DNA of 33,326 nt, taken from positions 31,363 through 64,688 of the forward strand of contig NW_014040044.1 in the NCBI RefSeq assembly GCF_001186125.1. The letters run 5' to 3'. This document shows, piece after piece, positions 13,201-25,500 of the stretch (the first letter of the stretch is position 1; each line of letters begins with the position of its first letter). A program made the translations under genes and the position numbers. A model generated the notes under the pieces. It was given only the letters and a program-made list of their open reading frames with translations. It was not told the origin of the DNA and made no database searches. The stretch comes from Sphaeroforma arctica JP610 (lineage: Eukaryota).

Positions 13201-14322
13201 GAGACCATGGCCAGACAATCATAGAAACCTCAAGCCAACGTTTCACGTCTCGCCACTGAGAAATATAGATACTAAACAATCACCCGTGCAAATCGACTAA
13301 GTAGACCACAACAGGTATAACAAAGTCAGGGGAATTGCCATACCTTGTTTCGACCCGATGTGCGTCGCCATATTTTTGGATGAGATCACCCCATCGCAGT
13401 TTCTCACGACATAGAGGACAGGTGCCAGTCACGGGCAGCAGATGTGTGGGATCGTCCTTCAGGAACCAGCTGTACGAGTGCCGATAGGCGGTTATCAGTA
13501 CAGTTACACGGTCCAAGCTGTGCTACACAGTGAGCATACACGGATATAAAACGCGTCCATACGATTCCGTTTTCGACATCAATGGGGTGTGAGAAGGCTC
13601 GAGGCTATTTGTGCAGACATCCTTTAGTTCATTAAAAAACATATCAGAGCGTATGATGGCGCATATAAACATCGCACAAACCTCGAGAAGTATCTGACTG
13701 TTTTGACAAACCGGATATAGATAGTACATACATATATATAATCCATAAAGATGCGTCTCATACACATACTTGGAGAAGATCCACAGAGACATACGATGCA
13801 TATGCTTAGATAAGATACATTAGGATACATATGATACACATGATACACATACTTCACAAAGATATATAAAACTAAATATGATTCATTACTTAGAGAAGAT
13901 GTATAAAGATACAGTAAAGTACGGAAACGCATATGATACACGCACTTAATGAAGATATATAAAAATCATATGATTCATCTACTTAGATAATATGTAGAAC
14001 CATACAGTAAAGTTCGAACTTTGTGAAGATACATAAAAACGCATATGATACACATACCTAGGTATGACCCATGAAAATTCATGACACACATAATTAGGTA
14101 AGATATATAAAGGTACAGTGAAGTACAAACTTTGAGAAGATCCATAAATATACATATAAAACGCATACTTGGCGAGGCAGCCCATATGTGTCCGCATTCG
14201 ACACTTCTCGCGGCCACAGCCCAACCAGCGGATGGTGGGGTCATTGAGATCGATATCGTCCAAGCAGACGAGACAGGTATACTCATAGTCAATATCCGCA
14301 TGCTGAAGATCATCGTCAGAGG
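10286..14322 (-). CDS. SLX1-like C4HC3 RING protein with a long disordered C-terminal tail (5'-partial; exons 14322-14169, 13469-13344, 12973-12796, 12094-10286; ~755 aa visible)
   Basis: Spliced translation: CLVC-x15-CGREKC-x4[39 protein letters not shown], matching the SLX1 C-terminal zinc finger signature (H..CLA..FL...L.P..G.CP.C...L.WGDLI). All three junctions are GT-AG and phase-compatible (2, 2, 0). The first visible exon has an acceptor (tactacag) and needs an upstream phase-1 exon that I could not identify. Confidence 0.75.
10490..10560. repeat. 21-bp coding tandem repeat (QQNITNQ, ~3 copies)
   Basis: [26 protein letters not shown] in the last exon of the RING gene. Confidence 0.85.
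13690..14168. repeat. Imperfect AT-rich tandem repeats in an intron of the RING gene
   Basis: Recurring motifs catatgatacacatac, gaagatatataaaa, atatgattcat and tacagtaaagt at irregular spacing. Confidence 0.7.
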
Positions 14323-15614
14323 CTGTAGTATAATAAGTGTATTGATATATAGGACCACGTTTAGATCACACAATTGTCGACGCTAACTGATAATAATAAT
14401 ATAAGAACTTATTGGCTGAATCCGTTAAGTGCTGAATATACGACATTAAGCTGCGTGGAATTGCATCTCATACTCTCACTGGTCCACAAATTGAAAAATA
14501 GGCTTACAAATAGATTGTATATATTTAGATAATACATACCCAAGTATACCACCCAATACACAAGTCCGTGCCCAAATAAGTGACCCTAATATCGGTATAT
14601 CGTTCGTGATCGGGGCCGCGGAGGGCATGCGAGCCTATAGCCGCCACAATGACAAGCCAGCGCAACATGTGTCGCTACATGACCACACAGATCAATTTTA
14701 AACTAGAAAAAAAACCACGTATGGTTTATTTCTATTGCGAACTTGTAGATAGTAGACACCATAGATACAGCCGAATCACAACTGACATACACTCACAGTA
14801 CATGCTTGAATCCCAAGCGGGCGCGACACTACCAATTGAAACATACCGATTAAAAGACTTCTGCCCCGCACTTGCATGATTCATGACACTACTAGTAGAG
14901 ATACTACAGATCAAAAGATAAATACCCGATGACGTACCTGCTGTCGATTTGAGCCATCTGATGGGTCCGAAAAGTATACGCATATGCGCTGGAGCTTGCA
15001 CGTGATGACAGAAGTCCGTGGCGTAGCGGTCATTGACCCACTGAATATACAGTATTTCGGATTAGAAGGCGATGGTCTGTCCATACTTGAAATCAATACT
15101 ACGCCAATAACCGACTAGGTCATATGGTATACTTTTGCTCTCTACAGTAATCCTACCACACTTTTACTTATAACCCCAATCTAATCTACTGTTTGATATT
15201 CACACATCCGGTTAATGCCACAGTAGGTTGTATTGCATCGGATACACATGTAAAGGTTTGCTGCAATACGGTGTTTATGCAAAAGGGCTTTGACACACAT
15301 TTGAAAATTAAAGCTCGTTATGAACTAAAGTCATGCTAGTCGAGATGTGAATATGCATACAAAAGTGTTGAAGGCTAGAGTTGAGAGCTATTTGTATATA
15401 CATGACGGCTTAGGTATAATATTGAAACGCTGCTATTTTACTCCCATATATACTATAGTATGCGAGTACTACAGCAGGCGTTTGAGCGACAAACAGTGGG
15501 TTGATATCTGAACAGCAAACTTGATTCATGTTTTGAATAGGTACGAAGGGTGACACTTTGAGATAGGTTCTGAAAGGGCTTTGAGGAGAGTGGAGAACAC
15601 GATAATATACGACT

Positions 15615-15635
15615 TATATATATATATATATATAT

Positions 15636-15666
<31 letters not shown>

Positions 15667-15686
15667 NNNNNNNNNNNNNNNNNNNN
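15615..15686. repeat. (TA)n(CA)n microsatellite running into an assembly gap (20 N at 15667-15686)
   Basis: Directly visible. Confidence 0.95.
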
Positions 15687-15836
15687 ATTAGATGTACGTA
15701 CATACATACACGCATACATGACCTCCCATGATTTTCGCCCTGGTGATGACTAAAGATGATATATCATTTGTTCAGGTGGCCAATATTTTTTTACCAAGAT
15801 ATTCATAGTTTTGTATTGTGTTCTTGATTCTATTAG

Positions 15837-17398
15837 ATGTCAGCTCTTGATCCGAACTATGAGTATGTGTTCTTGCACGGTTTTGCGAGCAGCAATCAAA
15901 CGTACAAGGGGACATATCTGCGAGACAAGTACAAAGAGGTGTACAACATCGACATGCATGTACCAGATCTAAATTGCGGTCCCGACTTCAGCACACTGAC
16001 ATTCACCGGTGCCATCAAGACACTGCACGAGTTAGATGAGACAGTCATAAAAGAAAAAGGCTCTAATTTCAAGTGGCGTATATTTGGATCTTCGTTGGGT
16101 ATGTGTGCATGGATATTTTTTCTTTCTGTTATCGTTTCAATCGGTGAATAATGGTTTTTGTGTTCGTTATTCAATTTATTAAGGTGGGTACTTAGTTGTA
16201 CATCAGTTTCGTTGGCAATTGTTTACATCGTAGAAGGCTTTAGTGCTCCACATCGTGCAGGGGATTTAAACCCTAAAAAGATAATATCAGAATACAACTA
16301 AAACAATTCGTCGACTGGCTGTATCCTAAAACGTTTACAGGTGGGTACCTCGCCGCGCGCTTCGCAGAGCTATACCCAGATCGTGTGGACAGGTGTCTAC
16401 TGATATGCCCCGCATTTGACATGGGGTCGTGGATGCCTGGGATTTTGCCTGAAAAGGAAGAGAGTTTAAAGAAATGGGAAGCTAAAAGTTCTCAACCTTT
16501 CCCGAAATTCGGTACTGACAAGGTCACCGAAGTGCCCTGGAATTTCATTGTTGATTCTAGAACCCATCCGGCGTTCCCTAAGGTATACCAGTTTGTGGTC
16601 AAATGCAACATTGTCAATACCCGCGCGTGCCCCCTTCACTTGTGTAGATACCATCTATTGAGTGAAATGTGCCATTGTACGCGTTCTTTATCGGGTTTGT
16701 TGATCATCCTTTTGCAAAGTGACATCGATTTCTCAGTGGGAATCATAGACTCGGCGTCTCATGCGTGAGTAAGCTGTCGTTTACCCGTTAGTGAGCATGA
16801 ATGACAATCTGTGACCTCCAATGTATATGTCTGCCCGTATGATAAGCACCTGTACAACAAAGATGGCTGTCGCTTAGATTCAAGGTGTATGTATCCTTGT
16901 CAGCATATAAACACTCAGTGTACTAAGAAATAGCCACATGCACCACAGAGTACAAATGCGTTGTAAAATATAGAACCCGCTACGAGATGTACTATAATCT
17001 CTTGTGAGACACTCGCCCGGCACACCAGTGTTTAGCATTGTGTGTTATCAGTCCGATGCCGCTGATTGTGTGTACTTGAACTGCAGTGCGATCGAGTTTG
17101 TGTTTGGTTCTTTACACCATATTCCCAAAATATACACCCGTTCGAATAGTTGCTATCTCATCTCACTTTCGTTATATTCTAGTGGTCACAAAAGACGGTG
17201 ATCATCCATGGCCTTGAAGATGTGGTTGTACCCATCACAATATCGCAAAAGGTGGCAAACAAGGCTGTCAACACGAAGGACATGTACGTACAGCTGATCG
17301 AGGTGCATGATAGTCACGCCATGTGTAAGCCGGAGACACTCTTGGCGATACAGTCATTAGCAGCGGAGCTGTTCGAATTGAAGGAGAACAGAATATGA
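15837..17398 (+). CDS. YqiA/YcfP (UPF0227)-like alpha/beta hydrolase or esterase, 239 aa (exons 15837-16098, 16341-16582, 17183-17398)
   Basis: FLHGFASS oxyanion loop, PDLN..DFSTLT, nucleophile elbow GSSLG|GYLAARFAELYPDRVDRCLLICPAF restored across a phase-1 intron, IIHGLEDVVVP (Asp) and DSHAM (His). Junctions are GT-AG with consistent phases. The ATG directly follows an acceptor-like ttctattag, so an upstream exon is possible. Confidence 0.88.
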
Positions 17399-17786
17399 TC
17401 CGAAATAAATTGGAAGCGATGCAAGGCCCGAGAATAAAAATATTCGAGATCACGGTCCATGCCACGTTCACGATATACATCATATCTTATTCATGTGGGG
17501 AATCAACCATCGTACTGTTAACATTCTGTTGAATACAAGGGAATCTGATGCATGCCAATTTTATTCGAAGATATTAAGACACCCATCGGACAATACATGT
17601 TACTCGATGACTGGCTCGCCATCAGTTTGAGAGACATAGATACTGGTCACGTACTATACGGCCCGCACAAGCTGAACAACTTACTCTAACAGACACCAAA
17701 GTGAGAGGCGAGAATTGATTGTTCAACCAAAACCCACCCTCCTTGGTCTGCAGGTCTGATATGTTTGGGTCTGACGCAGTTGTATC

Positions 17787-17903
17787 CCATTACATGCATG
17801 CTATAATTTTGAATTCCATTACATACATGCTATTATTTTGAATTCCATTACATACATGCTATTATTTTGAATTCCATTACATACAAGCTATTATTGTGAA
17901 TCC
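17787..17903. repeat. 29-bp tandem repeat, 4 copies
   Basis: ccattacatacatgctattattttgaatt at 17787, 17816, 17845 and 17874. Confidence 0.92.
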
Positions 17904-17940
17904 CAATCCCACGCGGATCGTTGTCAGATCCAGTCTATCG

Positions 17941-18390
17941 CTGCTTCGATGTTTTGGGTACAGATCCGGTTGACCCGATGATCCGTACCGTCTCGCATTC
18001 GTTTCTATGTTAGATTTCAGGTTAGTCGAGACCGCGACAATTGTCAAACTCAACTTGATAAGATGCACATACGATAATACACATCTTGAGTGCCCCAGCC
18101 TTATTGATTCTCACGGACCATCTGATGGCGTCACCTACAGACAATGACTACTTGTTCGTATCTCAACGACATGAGACAGCACAGAATAGTATAGTATGCA
18201 ACAACCAATGCACAGCCCGTGGTCCGCGATTCGTGCACCTCCAAACTCGCAACACTTCGCAGTATCAGACTCTCGCAATACATCAGCGAGCCTTCGCGCT
18301 AAAGCCCGGGAGAGTTTCTTGTACGCCAACCACCCTCGGCTAATGTGTATCCCAAATCGCTTACTCAATAGATCTTCGCGTTACAGCAAC
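17941..18390 (+). pseudogene. Possible decayed tyrosine recombinase (phage-integrase-like catalytic domain)
   Basis: Across frameshifts: LLRCFGYRSG* (R at 17962, like TGxRxGE); HILSAPALLILTDHL..DNDYLFVS (18080-18160, like VPLS..AL.IL..yL...dYLF); WSAIR..QHFAVSDSRNTSASL (18220-18294, like W..IR...FRFHDLRHTFASxL); TLG* (18332-18343); SRYS (18376-18387). Spacing is ~104 codons between the two Arg residues and ~22 codons to the LG(H) position. Confidence 0.5.
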
Positions 18391-19043
18391 AATCTCCACA
18401 ATAGGTATAGATAAAAGTGGTCTGAGACGCTCCCTCATCCGGTACCTTAGATTATATGTAATATTAGAGATAACCCAATCTGGACTCATTAGCTTTATAT
18501 CGCCCCATTCGGCTACTCTACGTATATATCAGCCAGGCCCAAGTCATTCGCGCGACAAGGGGCAGTCTACAAGCGACGTATTGGATCGCAATCATCCAAC
18601 AACGCCATACATTGACAGCTCGAGTGGCGACAATATAATGAGAAGTTTCATCCAGCAAGAGATAGGCCGGTACCGCGCGTTAATTCCGGTGCCCTTTTTT
18701 TTTGCCGACGGTTATACGCATTCCTACAATTTGCTGAACAGGTGGATGGGCTTTAGCCTCAATACTGACCTCATGCTGCACATACCATCGATCCCCACCC
18801 TACCATTCATTTCTCAACTGGGACACCTTACTTAAAGCACGTCAGGTGGGATACATGCAATTCACCTACGTAGCTGGGAACCAAACCCTGAACATCTTGC
18901 ACTGTAGCTCTCTTCACTCATACTGTACCCCTCCACTGCTGCACTTAACTGAGACTCCTGGCACTCGTCGCTTCAACTACTGCTACACGGCAGCTATCAC
19001 ACTGCACAACTATCAGACTCCCACTACTTTTCCGTCGCGTGAC

Positions 19044-20079
19044 TTACAGCAGATTCGGCAACTGCAACGTCTTTAACAGAGTGCGTACCCTGGCTTCCAG
19101 AGCTTCTACTTTTTTAATAGCAAGCGCATGGTCCTGCGACAACTCGGTTGGGACATACAGCGTCACCCCAACCTCTGCATAGATGGTGTTCAGTTCGCCC
19201 ATAAGCCGGTCGTCCATCGCCGCCAGGGCCTTCATTCCGTGGGGGGTTGATTTCTTGCACGCAAGCAATGATCTGAAGTGGAGGAAGGGATTGTAATCAA
19301 TTCAAGTGTACATAGACAGAAGAAGAACAGTGGTTATCGAAACCTAATCGAATGGGATAGGGTGAGTATGGAACCCCAGGAAATGACCAGTTCATCACCA
19401 AAGCTCTGTGAGTTGAAGTTGGACTAAGCGATCCTTGTACATCGGATATAGGGATCGGTGCGCCAGACGATAATAACAACAGGGGAATATTGTATAGCAC
19501 AACTGAAACAACAGGGTTTATCTCATCAGGTTCTTCGATCACACACCCAGTCAATCCCTGCAGACGGCCGAGCCGTTCTGAAATAGGCACGCACTCATAA
19601 AACCCGTCATCGAAATACTTCTGCAAGCTGTCTTCATCATTGCGGCCGACGAACACCCCTTCTTGCATTCCTCCCTGTTATATTGAAACCGAACCGAGAG
19701 ACTGTTGAGCAAAACTTCAGGATCCGATAGATAGTGGATACTAATGCACAGTTTATAACCATTTAAACAAACAAATTTGATGGCGATTAACTGAGTCTTA
19801 TTCAGGTGGGTTAGTGAGCAATAAATAGTGTGGAGAAAAACAAACCTACAAGGAGGAACAAAAGACTTATATATGGAACATTCCAATATTACGACAAAAA
19901 TGAGAGCGCAAATTTGTAATCAAAACAAAGACATGGGTATGTACAGCGTAAACAACAAGCGTTGGCTTGCAAATAATCGTGATGACCAGGATTTTATCCC
20001 AAAAAACAACATAAACATAAGTATATACTGTTAATACAAACAGATATATATATATATATATACATATAGATTTATATAC

Positions 20080-20117
<38 letters not shown>

Positions 20118-20214
20118 NNNNNNNNNNNNNNNNNNNNNNNNNNNNNNNNNNNNNNNNNNNNNNNNNNNNNNNNNNNNNNNNNNNNNNNNNNCGTTAACGT
20201 ACGTACGACTACAC

Positions 20215-20304
<90 letters not shown>

Positions 20305-21038
20305 ATATACGCAGTATATATATTAATATATATATTTATATATACATACATTTATTAAGTATATATATACATATATATATAACTTATATACATATAGATG
20401 CATATATATACAGTAAATAGATATACATACACCCACATATATATATATATATATATGATATAAATATAAATGTAAATAAAATATGGAACACCTAGTTATT
20501 ATTGAGAATCATACTTGACGATACCAATCATCAAGTGTATTGAATTGGTGCACGCATAATAGTTCCACAAAGGTCATTTTTGGCAGAGTTGAGGTTGGAC
20601 GAGAGATTAAGAGTGTGTGAAAATATATAAAATAATCTGCGACAAGTATTGCCTATAAAAAGATCGCTTATAAAAAGATCAGATCATCTAACACTGATAA
20701 CGCAATATAAATTTGAATCGAACCTGCGCGAACAAATTTAACCTGACCGACATAGGTCTCTGCCGAAGTATGTGACTTACACCGCAAGTTCTCAAGATTA
20801 CGCGGCTAGTCTCAAAAACAAATCTACGGTAGTACTATGGTGATACTGAACGTGTTTCTGTGTACTGCTTAATCATAGCCTTCTCAACATCACACTTGCG
20901 TCCACGACTTAATCGTAAGTAAAAAATATCAGGTTTCAGGCGCACCTGTTTCCCAGCCAACTGCAGCGCCTTCCACTGCTTTTCAGCCAGCTCCTTTTCG
21001 GTGTCCACATTGTCGTCATTCAGTCCAGCGTCCTCCAT
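19044..21038 (-). CDS. Hypothetical ~133-aa protein (exons 21038-20946, 19674-19595, 19272-19044)
   Basis: Three protein-like segments join with matching phases: AAA CAG|gtgcgc..ataacag|GGA (phase 0) and TAT GA|gtgcgt..ccacttcag|A TCA (phase 2). Product: [93 protein letters not shown]... No family recognised. The first intron contains an N gap, and a further donor (AGG|gtacgc) in exon 3 is possible. Confidence 0.6.
20044..20460. repeat. Long (TA)n/(TACA)n microsatellite region with an assembly gap (74 N at 20118-20191)
   Basis: Directly visible. Confidence 0.95.
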
Positions 21039-21158
21039 TCTTAGTAGTCACGATGTCAGGCAAAGTCACAAAACCGGGCAATCCTCAAGTGCTCTTGCGG
21101 ACTTTAATTCCGCTTAGCTCGTAATGTTCTGTATTTAAACACTTGACACTTTTTTTAA

Positions 21159-22083
21159 CACCCCGTCCTTAGACTAAGGGGACTCGATTTTAAAGAACCA
21201 AACCTAGTTCACTATATCCGGTTTTGGATATAATCCCAATTATATTTTCTAGACTTTTTCTAAAAAAACATTTCAAAAGAATTTTGCGCAGGAGCCAAGT
21301 TGATAGCTCTACTGGTTCACACAGTTATGTATCGATTTATGAACAGGGATTGTGCACTTTTCGACCATGTCAAATCTTGGATTTTCAGGTCGAGTAATAG
21401 CAGTTTAAACCTTCTAAGGGTTCTAATATATAATAAATACAAGTATTATTAGCTCAGAAATCATCTTTGCGGTATATAAGGCTCATTATGCTTGCTCAAA
21501 ATCACCATGTACGTGCATGCGTGTCCATCAATGACATCCATTTGGTGTGCATATTCAATTATGTCTTCAATATGATTTTCAGACCTTCGCTATTTCTATA
21601 TAAGCATAATCAAACCATAATAACGTTATTATAATCGTTTGTAGGTGAATAAGTAGTGAATTTTGGCAAAAAGTTCAGGAAATGAGATTCAACGTGTATT
21701 CGATGGCATGGCACATCAAATGACGTAAACACACTTTTTCTCGATTTTAGCAGCTGTAACTTGCATTACGGTTATAAGAATGCATATACGATATTGTTTT
21801 GAAAATAATTGTACGTGGCAACTTTGAAACTTTACTAATTATGCATATTTAGACTCAATAATCGCGTTTGGGAGGTTTCCGATGTAGTGTTAGAATCCTA
21901 AGCATAGAAGATGTTCTACTTGTACTACGACCTCGGCGCCTTCACAGATCATTTACGAAATACTTAATCTTGAAATATGCCAAAAAAAAAAAATTGGGAA
22001 TAAATTGAAGTCCAGATTTAGTAAATCAGGATCGCTTCTTTGTTTTTGGCCCTATTTTATCCCCTTAGTACGTGGATGGGGTG
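21159..22083. mobile_element. Non-autonomous piggyBac-like DNA transposon (MITE-like), 925 bp
   Basis: TTAA at 21155-21158 and 22084-22087. 24-bp terminal inverted repeats: CACCCCGTCCTTAGACTAAGGGGA (21159-21182) versus the reverse complement of 22060-22083, CACCCCATCCACGTACTAAGGGGA (19/24 identical). AT-rich interior with no ORF in the track. Confidence 0.8.
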
Positions 22084-22503
22084 TTAATAATAATAAAACA
22101 CAGTATTTATGTATATATATGGAGTGAAGTTATTTTTTTTAAATAGATATTAATAAAATGATACTTGTTGGGGGCGTGGTGAACCAACTCTCTGGTCAAG
22201 AGACCTAAGACATCTCTGGTGGTGATAAATATTTATCCCGTGATATCTGTTCTAGAGATGATATCGTGATGGACTTCTGGCTGTGGGCCTATCATATCGA
22301 TTTAAACCCTAAACCCTACTATACTCTATATAGTATCCACCCAGAGTCCGCAATCGCCGGATTTCATCTGTTTTAATTTTTTGAAGTGAATGTTGGGTAC
22401 GTATATAATTATATATATAAATACTTTCTATATATATAAATACATATCGGGTTAATACATAAAGTACTTAACTGTGTGGGTGTAGTGTACCTCGAGAAGT
22501 AGT

Positions 22504-25500
22504 ATGGGAGAAGCATCTATAGTAGGTGCCTGGCAGGCTGTCACGGGCACTGCGAATGGTTATCTCAGCGGCACTGAGCCATGGAAGCTGGTGGCCTATG
22601 GTGCCGCCACTATGTGGACCATCAACGTGTTGCAAAATTCGCATCGTTCTGACATAGGTATGTTTATCCGTAGCAATATGTGGATACAGTATATAGTGTA
22701 TGGTGTATATGCCTATGGATATGTATATACATGGCTATGCAGTTCACACATTATGCTTCACAGTCACCGCAACTACCAATAGTACTATTTCTGATATGGT
22801 GCTAGATGAGCTGTTTGTCAATGACATTTGTCTTTGGGTCGCTAAATGCGTCGAGTCTTTTATAGCTGAAGGGTCGTTTTTCCTTAATCACTTTCACATG
22901 AAATGGGTCGGAAAGGTTTCAAGTGGATTGATCTTGTCTGGATACGGCACACCCTGTAGTTTGGTCTCCGCCTATCAAAGCGCGATGTTGTGTGTTGTCA
23001 CTGTTGACTGGAATACATTGGCGGCCTAGTACTCTTACCGTAGATTATGGGATGAACATTGCCTTTCAGTCTCCCAGTGTACGTGCACTGTACTCTCACT
23101 TATACATGCTTCTGTAAAAACCGAGTTTAAGCAGCAGTCAGTACCCAGTCCTACTCTGAGCGACTAGTTTCAACTTGAACTATACTACTTTGCGAGGTTG
23201 TACTTAATCTTCGTATACTGCTATGGTATATATTAACGTCTTCATACTCACAGGCAGTGTTTTGAGTCTGCGGTATTCACAGATACATTATTTAGGGGGG
23301 GGGGGGGGGGGCAGATGCATGCATGTATATGTTCAAGTATGATGTAGCTAAATATATTCTGTCGATCATTTGTGAATAAGTTAGTCGTTCATCCACGTCT
23401 ATCTTGGATGAAGCTGCATCTCTCGACTTACGTACAAGTGTGTGTCTATGATCCATCTGTGCACATGCGTGTTATCCCTGGGATTGGTGTTCCGCTTGTT
23501 TGACTTCATTAAATCACGTATGTACAGGGTAAGTGTTCTCCCGTGCTTCAAATTATCACCGACGGATGTACGTTGGATATAGCCTTATACCCATGAGCGC
23601 AGACCCCGTTAGCGACCGTAGTTACATACTTCGGCTGACTCAATTGGTCAACACTCTCAGGTTTATTCGACGATCTCAAACGCCGTGTATTCAAACTGGC
23701 TCGGCTGATCCCAGCTGTTAGCAAGGAGATTGAAAAGTCAAGGGTTAAGGTTCGTGCAAACACCCAGTTTCATTTCTCTCTCCTCTGAGTCGGTATTCGT
23801 CGTCAGTGGTCGGGATTTGTATGTACCTTCCAGGACGTCTGTCCCGTCGAAGTTTGGCGTGGCTTGTCTACTGGCCCTACATATCCAGTGTCGATGTATC
23901 TGTTCATTTACTGGGATCTAACGTTTCACTATACGGCTGATAACAGGCGAGGGTCTGGTAGGCAATTCTGCTGCACGGTCTTTACCTTGTTGCCTCTGTC
24001 ACAGTTCATAATGGGATTGACCTAAATAATTGTATGTGTTTATATACAGCCATTGTCTGTTATCTCTATAGCTACTATATCCATCGGAAACGCTCATTGC
24101 ACCTACCTATACGATAGTCACTGGTCCTGTTTCTGAGTTTGGCGGTAAACGTACTTTTATACGCACGATATAAAGCATGACTAATACCTCATTTATGTGC
24201 ACACGCACGCAAATGGATTCAAACAGTATTTTGTTTATTTCTTACTTCTTTTATTGAGGTTATATACAAGTGTTTACCAATTCACATGTTGGTGCATATG
24301 TATATGTCCCGAACTTATGTATGCATATGTCCCTGAACTTATGTGTCCAATACTCATACCATACTTAGCATATATAGTTTCGTAGAACATTTAACTATGC
24401 TCGTGATGGTGAAGTGCTATTTTAAAATCAACTGGATTGTCCCCTGACCACCGCAGATGTACACAGACATGATGAAAGAGTACAAAAAGCCGGTTGAGGG
24501 CGAACAGTACACACCCACTCTGCCCAAGAATGGCCGGCCCATCGCAGACGTAAGTACATCACGCTGCAAGTAGTCTTGGTAGTAGTCGGCTGCGGACGAG
24601 ATCAGGGGTTCTGTTTTATAAGCCCTGTCTCGAGAGCTGTTGTGTGAATATACAATGAAGACAGATTCATCCACGCTTTTTTTGGGTCTGTGATTACATA
24701 GGCGCATGCGTGGGCGTGTGGCACCTTCGGGGATAAACCTAAGTTTTCAACTGTGCCCACGCCCATGTAGTTGTGTGTAGTTTAAATGCAAGGAGTGACG
24801 TCGTCTGGTACTCCGCCTTACCGTCTCAGCCATAGTGTGACCTATAACGGTCTGTCGTAGGCGATAGAGGCCATCTCAACGTGTCGATGTGCATTCAATG
24901 ACCAACTGAGTGCGTGCTACTCGTTACGCGCCATGGTAGACAATCCGATCAATACACAAATATGCATAGCCTCCTCACAACGAGAAGGAGACTATGGCAT
25001 ATCGAGTGTTCTATTGTACTCTATGTTTTTAAGACTGTTCTATTGCACTGTATGTTATTAAGGCCGTTCTATTGTACTCTATGTTATTAAGACTGTTCCA
25101 TTGCACTGTATGTTATTAAGACTGTTCTATAGTACTGTATGCTATTAAGACTGCACTATTTTACTGCATGTTATTAAAATATGACTGTAAACGCACGCAG
25201 GTGGTCAAGGCGTGTCAGTTTATGAATGACATGAGCAGGCAGAAGGCCGACTGGAGCAAAGGCGGATGCTCAGGCACCGTGTACCATGGCGGAGAAGATA
25301 TCACATCACTTGCCAAAGAGGTGTTTGGTATGTTTGTTTGGGAGAATCCGTTGCACGGGGATGTCTTCCCGGGCTGTGTTAAGATGGAATCCGAGGTTAT
25401 TCAGGTATAGTATCACGCCTGCAGCATCGATGTAGATGGTTGAGCTCCATTGTTTCATTGTGCCGAATTGCTGAGACTATGGGTGCACACGCGCCGACTG

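Noticed and set aside
14732..15001. SGIYLLIC peptide as the missing GIY-YIG start
   Set aside because: No following YxG, RxxQH or FEW motifs and no compatible splice path found.
18828..18860. LLKARQVGY resembling a phage terminase Walker A (ILKARQLG)
   Set aside because: Isolated short match; flanks show no terminase features or Walker B. Worth revisiting only if the nearby recombinase relic is confirmed as viral.
23254..23528. Possible micro-exons in lyase intron 1 (ag|gcagtgttttgagtctgcg|gt and ag|g|gtaagt)
   Set aside because: Exon 1 already joins exon 2 in phase and these pieces would shift the frame.
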